DNA of 64,000 nt. Source: Bacteroidales bacterium UBA4788 (lineage in GTDB: Bacteria > Bacteroidota > Bacteroidia > Bacteroidales > VadinHA17). The stretch lies in assembly GCA_002402965.1 (NCBI GenBank), contig DHGW01000049.1, positions 3,692 through 67,691 of the forward strand, written 5' to 3'. The notes under the pieces are model-generated. The model had not been told where the DNA came from. It saw nothing but the letters and a program-made list of their open reading frames with translations, and ran no database searches. The translations under genes and the position numbers were made by a program. Position 1 is the first letter of the stretch, and each line of letters opens with the position of its first letter. Positions 17,771 through 25,143 of this stretch are shown piece after piece.

Positions 17771-19765
17771 ATGTTCAGCACCGTTACTTTTTTGATCATT
17801 TTGCTTTTAACGTTGCTGGTCTTCGCGATTCCTAAACCGCTGAAGTACCACTACACGCTGGGGTTGCTGGTTGCAGGAACGGCACTGACCACCGCCTGGA
17901 GCATCAGTGTGCTGACAGGGACGGAAATATTAAAGGAGATTCCCCTGTTCACGCCCGCTGCCGGCAGCCGTTTTGTTCTGGTAATCGATCCCCTGTCTGC
18001 ATTCTTCATTCTTGTAATCAATATTACAGTACTTATCGGGTTCCTCTATGCCAGAGGCTATCTCGCACCATATGGACAGAGGATGAATGCCCTCCGCTTT
18101 TCGATACATTACTTCTCATACCTGTGGCTCTGGCTGTCGATGCTGATGGTGGTAATGATACGCGACGGCCTTCCGTTCCTGATTGTATGGGAGATAATGG
18201 CCCTCTCATCCTTCTTCCTGGTAATCTTTGACGCGGAGGAGAGGAGTATCATGAAGACCGGCATAAGCTACCTGATCCAGATGCACGTCGGGATGTTCTT
18301 CATCCTGGTGGCCTTCCTGCTGCTTCAGAATGAGACCGGAAAGATGAGCTTCGATGCTCTGGGAGAATACTTCTCCGTGCATCGCAACCTGCCGCTCTTT
18401 CTTCTTTTCTTTGCCGGGTTTGCCATCAAGGCCGGTTTTATTCCGCTCCACACATGGCTTCCGGAGGCGCATCCCGCTGCCCCGTCACATGTCTCAGGGG
18501 TGATGTCGGGAGTGATGATCAAGATGGGAATTTACGGTATTTTACGGGTACTGATTCCGATGCAGTCTGACCTGCTGGAGACCGGTGTCATCATCCTTGT
18601 TGTCTCGTTAATCTCAGGTATTATGGGAGTGATGATGGCTATAGTGCAGCATGACCTGAAGAGGCTGCTGGCCTATCACAGCATAGAAAACATTGGCATC
18701 ATCGGCATCGGGTTAGGCCTGGGGGTGATAGGACAGGCCCTCGGTAATCCGGCGCTTGCCCTGCTGGGATTCTCAGGTGGAATCCTGCATATTCTGAATC
18801 ACTCCCTCTTCAAGTCACTGCTCTTTTTCAATGCCGGATCTGTGTATCATGCCACCCACACCCGCAATATGGAGCAGTTGGGAGGAGTGATGAAGAGGAT
18901 GCCGTGGACTGCCATGCTGTTCCTGACAGGTTCACTGGCCATATGCGGTCTGCCTCCCTTTAACGGCTTTATCTCGGAATACCTGATATATATGGGGATG
19001 TTTAACAGCCTCTCCGGAGCGACACTCTTTCACTCCATAATGATAGTGGGATCTGTTGCATCGTTGTCACTCATAGGAGGACTTGCCATCTTCTGCTTTA
19101 CCAAGGCCTTCGGGGTGGTCTTTCTCGGCGAGCCGCGGTCTGAGGCTGCAAGACATGCCGGCGAGGTCAGTGGCTCCATGATCATCCCACAGCTCTTTAC
19201 CGTGGCTCTGATACTGCTCATCGGGTTGGGCTCGCCATTGGTGGTGAAGCCGGTTTTTAACATCGTTACCCGGGCCTGGAACCTGGGCGGCCAGCCAATG
19301 ATCACCGGAGCCTTTACCTCCAACCTGTCACAGATAAGCATTGCCGGAGGAGTTTTTGTCGTCACCCTTGCAGTACTGCTGCTATACCGCAGGTACCACC
19401 TCAGCCGCAGGAACGTTACGGCCGGTCCTACATGGGGGTGCGGCTACACTGCTGTTACTGCCAAACAACAGTATACGGCCACCTCGTTCGCCTATAACTA
19501 CAACCACCTGGCCAAACCGGTGCTGCAAACACGGAAGGAAATTGACGAGATAGGGGAGAGCGAGATTTTTCCGCGGAGGAGGAAATTCGTTTCGCACAGC
19601 GATGACCTCTTCAGGAAGTATCTGATAGACAGGCCTGTGGATTTGGTCGCCGGGTTGCTCAAGAGAATCGCTGTGATGCAGACCGGGCAGATAAGGCATT
19701 ATATTCTCTATGCATTTGTATTCATGCTGCTGGTACTGCTGCTGGCAATGTTCAATATACTGTGA
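17771..19765 (+). CDS. HyfB / NuoL-like antiporter-type membrane subunit
   Basis: 664 aa and polytopic. It carries Mrp/NuoL-M-N family motifs: WEIMAL, AIKAGFIPLHTWLPEAHPAAPSHVS and HSLFKSLLF. Confidence 0.8.
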   Translation: MFSTVTFLIILLLTLLVFAIPKPLKYHYTLGLLVAGTALTTAWSISVLTGTEILKEIPLFTPAAGSRFVLVIDPLSAFFILVINITVLIGFLYARGYLAPYGQRMNALRFSIHYFSYLWLWLSMLMVVMIRDGLPFLIVWEIMALSSFFLVIFDAEERSIMKTGISYLIQMHVGMFFILVAFLLLQNETGKMSFDALGEYFSVHRNLPLFLLFFAGFAIKAGFIPLHTWLPEAHPAAPSHVSGVMSGVMIKMGIYGILRVLIPMQSDLLETGVIILVVSLISGIMGVMMAIVQHDLKRLLAYHSIENIGIIGIGLGLGVIGQALGNPALALLGFSGGILHILNHSLFKSLLFFNAGSVYHATHTRNMEQLGGVMKRMPWTAMLFLTGSLAICGLPPFNGFISEYLIYMGMFNSLSGATLFHSIMIVGSVASLSLIGGLAIFCFTKAFGVVFLGEPRSEAARHAGEVSGSMIIPQLFTVALILLIGLGSPLVVKPVFNIVTRAWNLGGQPMITGAFTSNLSQISIAGGVFVVTLAVLLLYRRYHLSRRNVTAGPTWGCGYTAVTAKQQYTATSFAYNYNHLAKPVLQTRKEIDEIGESEIFPRRRKFVSHSDDLFRKYLIDRPVDLVAGLLKRIAVMQTGQIRHYILYAFVFMLLVLLLAMFNIL

Positions 19766-20679
19766 CTATGGCAGGATTTATACTGATAGTGGTTGCAGCA
19801 TTCTTCTTCCCGGGGATCATCCTCAGGACGAAGAGCCTCGCTTCGGGGCGGAAGGGGCCGGGCATATTCCAGCCGCTGAAGGATATAGTCGTGCTCTTCA
19901 GAAAGGGAAGCGTCTTCAGCAATACCACCGGGATTATATTCCGCATAGCGCCTTCAGTAACGCTGGCAACAGTGTCAGGCGCCATGCTGCTGCTTCCCTT
20001 CGCAGAACAGAAGGCGGTGATCTCCTTCGAGGGCGACTTTATCTTTTTCGCATACCTGCTGGCTCTTGGGAAGTTCTTTACAATCATTGCCGCGCTGGAT
20101 ACGGGCAGCAGCTTTGAAGGTATGGGCGCAAGCCGTGAGGCTCTCTTCTCTATGCTCGTTGAACCGGCATTCTTTGTGCTGCTGGCAACCTTCGCCATGT
20201 TCACGGGGTATACGTCATTCTCCGTGATTTTCAACCACTTTTATGTCACTGGAAATGATTACGTATTGATTTATAGTATTATAGGTGCGTATCTTTTTGT
20301 GCAGATCGCCATGGTTGAAAACAGCCGGCTCCCGGTTGATGACCCGAAGACACACCTGGAGCTGACAATGATCCATGAGGTAATGATACTTGACTACAGC
20401 GGTTTCGACAAGGCTCTCATACACATTGGGACATACCTGAAATTTGCCATTTACGGATCTCTGATCTATAACCTGGTAGTACCGGCGGGGTGGAATATCA
20501 TGTTGCAGATCGGGCTTTTCGTGGCCGTTCAGGGTTTATTTGCCGTAGTGATTGGTTTTACGGAATCGTTCAGGGCAAGGAACAAGATGAACAAGAACCC
20601 GAAATTCATTTTAACCCTGTCGGCGATTGCACTCATAGCATTTATAGTGATACTGATACTGACTGATAAACTTGCCTGA
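19762..20679 (+). CDS. HyfC / HycD / NuoH-like membrane subunit
   Basis: 305 aa and polytopic. The loop ENSRLPVDDPKTHLEL...DYSG matches the NuoH/HycD ExxRxPxD...EL...EYSG pattern. The start is either the GTG at 19762, which overlaps the upstream stop, or the ATG at 19768. Confidence 0.8.
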   Translation: MTMAGFILIVVAAFFFPGIILRTKSLASGRKGPGIFQPLKDIVVLFRKGSVFSNTTGIIFRIAPSVTLATVSGAMLLLPFAEQKAVISFEGDFIFFAYLLALGKFFTIIAALDTGSSFEGMGASREALFSMLVEPAFFVLLATFAMFTGYTSFSVIFNHFYVTGNDYVLIYSIIGAYLFVQIAMVENSRLPVDDPKTHLELTMIHEVMILDYSGFDKALIHIGTYLKFAIYGSLIYNLVVPAGWNIMLQIGLFVAVQGLFAVVIGFTESFRARNKMNKNPKFILTLSAIALIAFIVILILTDKLA

Positions 20680-20686
20680 AAGCATT

Positions 20687-21301
20687 ATGGTAAACTATCT
20701 CATAGTACTGTTTGCAATCACACTGATGTACTTCGCTTCGGCAGAGAGGCTGACAACCTATGTCAGGCTCGTGGCGCTCCAGGGTCTTCTGCTCTGTGGC
20801 ATTGCTGTGTTTGAGCTGAAGGAGGTCAACCTGGCGAATCTGCTCTTCATCGTGGCAGAGACACTGCTCTTCAAAGCAGTGGTGCTGCCTTACCTTCTCA
20901 GCCGGATAATAAGAAAGTCGGGAGTGACGAAGGTGCACCGCCAGGCTGTCCCGGGCTTCTACCTTCTGCTGTTTTCAATTGCCGGGTTGGTTGTAAGCGT
21001 AATCCTTGCAACGATCCTGGTAAATCCATTCATCAACCCGATTTACCTGGCGATTGCTCTTTTCACACTATTCACCGGGCTTTTGCTGATTGTCACTCAT
21101 AAGCTGATCATTTCCCATTTGATCGGTTTCCTGGTTGTGGAAAACGCTGTATTTCTCTTTTCACTGGCGATAGGTAATGAGATGCCGATGCTCATCAACG
21201 TCGGCATCTTACTTGACCTTTTCGTGGGTGTTCTGATACTTGGTTTTTTCGGGTTAAGGCTCAAACCCCACACGAATGAGCTTACGATGTTAAAAGATTA
21301 G
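20687..21301 (+). CDS. HyfE / NuoK-like membrane subunit
   Basis: About 204 aa and polytopic, with a membrane-embedded Glu in VVENAVFLF. I preferred the ATG at 20687 over the TTG at 20672. Confidence 0.7.
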   Translation: MVNYLIVLFAITLMYFASAERLTTYVRLVALQGLLLCGIAVFELKEVNLANLLFIVAETLLFKAVVLPYLLSRIIRKSGVTKVHRQAVPGFYLLLFSIAGLVVSVILATILVNPFINPIYLAIALFTLFTGLLLIVTHKLIISHLIGFLVVENAVFLFSLAIGNEMPMLINVGILLDLFVGVLILGFFGLRLKPHTNELTMLKD

Positions 21302-21303
21302 CG

Positions 21304-22731
21304 ATGATGTTGTTGCTTTTCTTCATACTATCAATAGCGCTGAGTGGCGCGACGCTCCTTTCCCGTGACAGGACCGTCACGAAGGCTATTGCACTGGCCT
21401 TTGCAGCGATGCTCATCGCTGTCACGGTGCATGCCTGGATTAACACCGGCAAAACTGAACTGATATATTTTACTTATGACAGCACGGCTGTACTGCTTCT
21501 TTCGGTGCTGGCGCTGCTAACGATGCCCACAGTTTACCACGGGTTCATCTATACGCGTGACGATGCGGTAAAAAAATATAATATCTACCACTCCGGGCTG
21601 ATCGCGCTTATGACCTTCATGGCAGGAGCCTACCTGGCAAATACAATGACGGTCCTATGGATATTTGTGGAGGCCACCACCCTGGCGGTTGCTGTGCTCA
21701 TCTATCATGACCGGACAGAGATGTCCCTGGAAGCTACATGGAAGTACGTATTCATCTGTTCCACAGGTATTGCACTTGCCTATCTGGGCATACTCTTCCT
21801 CGGGTTCATCAATGGCAGGGGTGACGCACCCAACCTCTCCTTCTCATCATTCGGCCTTGTGATCAGCAACGCCGACCCGATGTACCTGAGGATAGCCTTC
21901 ATATTCGTGCTGGTGGGATTCAGCACAAAGATGGGTCTCTTTCCGATGCATACCGTCACAATAGACGCTCACTCTGTGGCGCCTCCGCCGGTGAGTGCCC
22001 TCATCTCAACCACCCTCATGAACGTCGGATTCCTGGCCATATACAGGGTTTATACACTCTTCTCATCCACCTCAGTGCTGCCCTTCATGAATCATGTGCT
22101 GGTGCTGGCGGGCCTGCTTTCACTTCTCGTCTCCGCGGGCTACATGCTCAAGGCGAAGCACCTGAAGCGCATGCTTGCCTACTCGAGTCTTGAGAATATG
22201 GGCCTGGTGGCCATAGCCCTCGGCACCGGGAAATATGGATATTATGCGGCGTTACTGCTGATCGTGCTGCATTCACTAGCCAAATCAAGCCTGTTTTACC
22301 AGATGGGGCAGCTTTCGAGGATACTGCACACCTTCAGGCTTGACGAGAGTGGCAGGTACATGAAGCTTTACCCGGCTGGAGCAATGGTCCTGCTGACGGG
22401 TATGATCTGCATCCTGGCCATCCCTCCGTCAGGGATGTTCATATCGGAATTCCTGATTTTCAAGGCTATGGTCAGTAACGGCCAGTGGTTCGTTCTGGCG
22501 ACAACCATTATCCTGCTCTGCTTCGTCATTTACGCAATGAGCACGAGGATAATGCATGTCAATTTCTCCTCCCCGCGAAACGGTACTGAGCTGAAGATGC
22601 CCGGCAAAGTAAGTCCCGCCGAGACTGTCAGCCAGTTCGTTCTGCTTACACTGGTAATCATGATCTGCTTTTACCAGCCGCCATTTCTGGTTACCCTGAT
22701 CAATAATAGTATAGCCCTGCTTCCCAGATAG
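21304..22731 (+). CDS. HyfF / NuoN(M)-like antiporter-type membrane subunit
   Basis: 475 aa. Its motifs are FVEATTLAV, FSTKMGLFPMH...DAHSVAPPPVSAL and HSLAKSSLF. Confidence 0.8.
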   Translation: MMLLLFFILSIALSGATLLSRDRTVTKAIALAFAAMLIAVTVHAWINTGKTELIYFTYDSTAVLLLSVLALLTMPTVYHGFIYTRDDAVKKYNIYHSGLIALMTFMAGAYLANTMTVLWIFVEATTLAVAVLIYHDRTEMSLEATWKYVFICSTGIALAYLGILFLGFINGRGDAPNLSFSSFGLVISNADPMYLRIAFIFVLVGFSTKMGLFPMHTVTIDAHSVAPPPVSALISTTLMNVGFLAIYRVYTLFSSTSVLPFMNHVLVLAGLLSLLVSAGYMLKAKHLKRMLAYSSLENMGLVAIALGTGKYGYYAALLLIVLHSLAKSSLFYQMGQLSRILHTFRLDESGRYMKLYPAGAMVLLTGMICILAIPPSGMFISEFLIFKAMVSNGQWFVLATTIILLCFVIYAMSTRIMHVNFSSPRNGTELKMPGKVSPAETVSQFVLLTLVIMICFYQPPFLVTLINNSIALLPR

Positions 22732-22736
22732 AAAAG

Positions 22737-24257
22737 ATGAGCAGCAACTTATATACAGAAGTAAGGAACGGATCAGGTCCGGTTGGGATCAGGGAGATCC
22801 CGGTACTTGATTACGGCCGTTTTTATGAAGAGGTCATAAGTCTGCTTGGCAATGAGCGATACCACTGTCTGACCTACTTTTGTTACCCTGCGGGACCGGT
22901 CCTGAAGTTTATCTGCTGTATCGCCGATGACGGATCCGGGACGATCAGGATACTGAGCCACGAAAAAAGTGATGACGGAGCCCCGCTGCGCTCACTGACA
23001 GAGTCATGTTACGCGATGCATATCTTTGAGCGTGAGATACATGAGAACCATGGCGTGAAGTATGATGGGCATCCCTGGCTGAAGCCGGTGAGGTATCCGC
23101 ACGACAGGGCTGACCGGCAGAATGTAATGGCCAACTATCCCTTTTATGAGATGGAGAGTGAGGAGCTTCACGAGGTGGGGGTGGGGCCCATTCATGCCGG
23201 TGTGATTGAGCCTGGTCACTTCAGATTCATCTGCAACGGAGAGAAGGTGCTGCATCTGGAGATACAGCTTGGTTACCAGCACCGGGGGATTGAAAAGCTC
23301 TTTGCTGATGAAGTTGATGGGCTGCGCCGTGCGATGCTGGCGGAAAATATTGCAGGTGACACAGCTGTTGGTCACGGGCTGGCCTATGCCCAGCTTGCTG
23401 AGTCGCTTGCCGGATACATGCCTTCCGGTTCACTGCAGGCGGAGAGGTGCATCGCACTTGAGCTGGAGCGTATCGCCGTACATATTGGAGATACAGCTGC
23501 ACTCTGTGGCGATGTGGCTTATCAGCTGGGTCAGGTGGCATCCGAGGCGCTGAGGACCGTGGTTATAAATACAACGCAGAGCTGGTGCGGTAACCGGTTC
23601 GGAAAAGGATTGATTCGCCCGGGCGGGACAAATTTTCCTCTCGATGAAGAGATAGCCGGAGAGTTACTCAGGAACCTTGAGGTGGTTGACAGACGGTTCG
23701 GTACCGTGACTGACTGCGTCTACACCCTGCCCAGCGTCCTGGGACGGTTTGAGGAGATAGGCACAGTCACACGTGCCCAGGCAATTGCAATTGGCGCCGT
23801 CGGAATGGTGGCGCGCACCTGCGGGGTGCCGAGGGACACACGTGCAACTCACCCCTTCCAGTATTACAGGCAAATGGCGATCACGCCGGCAATGCAGGAG
23901 AACGGAGATGTGCTGGCGCGGGGGATGCTGAGGGCACTTGAGGTAAAGGAATCGGTGAAGATCATCCGCAGGCTGCTGGATGAGTGGCGGGCAGGAGAAA
24001 AGACAAGCGGACGACCCCGCTATGACCTCAGCTTCACTCCTGATAGTCTGGCGATCTCTGTAACTGAGGGTTGGCGAGGGGAGATCTGTCATGTGGCAGT
24101 CACCGACGGCGACGGCCGACCGGTGCTGTGGAGGATCAAGGACCCTTCAATGCACAACTGGATGGCATTGGCCCTGGCAGTACGCAACCAGGAGATATCT
24201 GACTTCCCGGTATGCAACAAGAGCTTCAATCTTTCATATTGCGGCAATGATTTGTAA
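22737..24257 (+). CDS. NuoC-NuoD fusion / HyfG-HycE-like large subunit lacking the [NiFe] cysteine ligands
   Basis: The N-terminal 30-kDa (NuoC-like) part is fused to a NuoD/large-subunit core (VGPIHAGVIEPGHFRF...LEIQLGYQHRGIEKL). The position of the CGxCxxxH motif reads AGDTAVGH (23352-23375). The C-terminus reads DFPVCNKSFNLSYCGNDL, with no DPCxxC motif. Confidence 0.8.
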   Translation: MSSNLYTEVRNGSGPVGIREIPVLDYGRFYEEVISLLGNERYHCLTYFCYPAGPVLKFICCIADDGSGTIRILSHEKSDDGAPLRSLTESCYAMHIFEREIHENHGVKYDGHPWLKPVRYPHDRADRQNVMANYPFYEMESEELHEVGVGPIHAGVIEPGHFRFICNGEKVLHLEIQLGYQHRGIEKLFADEVDGLRRAMLAENIAGDTAVGHGLAYAQLAESLAGYMPSGSLQAERCIALELERIAVHIGDTAALCGDVAYQLGQVASEALRTVVINTTQSWCGNRFGKGLIRPGGTNFPLDEEIAGELLRNLEVVDRRFGTVTDCVYTLPSVLGRFEEIGTVTRAQAIAIGAVGMVARTCGVPRDTRATHPFQYYRQMAITPAMQENGDVLARGMLRALEVKESVKIIRRLLDEWRAGEKTSGRPRYDLSFTPDSLAISVTEGWRGEICHVAVTDGDGRPVLWRIKDPSMHNWMALALAVRNQEISDFPVCNKSFNLSYCGNDL

Positions 24258-24276
24258 ATAAACTAATTGCGGAGAA

Positions 24277-25029
24277 ATGCTAAAAGAAATCAAGATACTC
24301 GCCGATCACGGAAAACAGTTTGTGCCCGATCTCCGGAATCAGCCTGTCTCTGCCCGTTTCAGGGGAAGGCCGGTAATCTCCGAGGATATTACATCAGAGC
24401 AGGCGGAGAAGGCTGCGGCAATGTGTCCGGCTGGTGCAATTGACAGGCGCAGCGGCGCTACTGACCTTGGCAGGTGCACCTTCTGTAACGAGTGTGCACT
24501 GATGCTGCCCGGGGTGTACCGTTTTACAAATGACTACCGTATTGCTGCAACAAGAAGAGAAAGCCTCGTGGTTAAGCCGGGCCAGTCAGATCAGCTCAGG
24601 ATTGACGAGACCGCAGTAAGAAAAGAGATTCGCAGGCTCTTCAGAAGGTCTCTCAAACTGCGCCAGGTCTCTGCCGGAGGGGACAACTCTTGCGAGATGG
24701 AGCTTGGGGCAGCGGGAAACGTAAACTTTGATATGGGCAGGTACGGTATTGAGTTCGTGGCCTCGCCCCGTCATGCCGACGGCATTGTGATCACCGGACC
24801 GGTATCTGCCAATATGGCTGAAGCTCTTGAAATTTGCTACGACGCTACTCCTTCACCAAAGGTTATAATCCTCGTCGGCACCGATGCCATCAGCGGCGGG
24901 CTCTTTGCCGGCAGCCCTGCGGTGAAGAGGAATTTCATAGAAAATCATCACATTGATCTTTACTTGCCGGGCAACCCGGCTCATCCGCTGACATTTATCA
25001 ACGGGGTGATGGACCTGCTTAAGCTTTGA
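24277..25029 (+). CDS. Fusion of a one-cluster ferredoxin remnant with a NuoB/HycG-like subunit lacking most Fe-S ligands
   Basis: The N-terminal part has C50-P plus C67xxC70xxC73. The complementary cluster positions are S40, A43, A46 and L77. The NuoB-like core is FVASPRHADGIVITGPV, but its ligand positions read GGDNSCE, GTDAISGG and PGNP, where homologs have CxxC, GxCxxxGG and PGCP. Confidence 0.75.
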   Translation: MLKEIKILADHGKQFVPDLRNQPVSARFRGRPVISEDITSEQAEKAAAMCPAGAIDRRSGATDLGRCTFCNECALMLPGVYRFTNDYRIAATRRESLVVKPGQSDQLRIDETAVRKEIRRLFRRSLKLRQVSAGGDNSCEMELGAAGNVNFDMGRYGIEFVASPRHADGIVITGPVSANMAEALEICYDATPSPKVIILVGTDAISGGLFAGSPAVKRNFIENHHIDLYLPGNPAHPLTFINGVMDLLKL

Positions 25030-25143
25030 GTCTGCTGTCCTAAATATACTGATCGCAGGTTGGAATTGGGGAAAATATGGAATCTGCCTTCCTGAACGGG
25101 GCTTTTTACTACCTTAGTTACTTCATTGCAACAACACTGTAAT

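Noticed and set aside
22737-24257. Annotating this gene, and the operon at 17771-25029, as a functional [NiFe] hydrogenase-4 / formate hydrogenlyase
   Set aside because: The two N-terminal Ni-Fe cysteines are replaced (AGDTAVGH) and the C-terminal DPCxxC motif is absent. The small subunit lacks three of its four cluster cysteines. No hyp, hycI, fdhF or cooS genes lie nearby. The homology is real, but hydrogenase chemistry is not supported.
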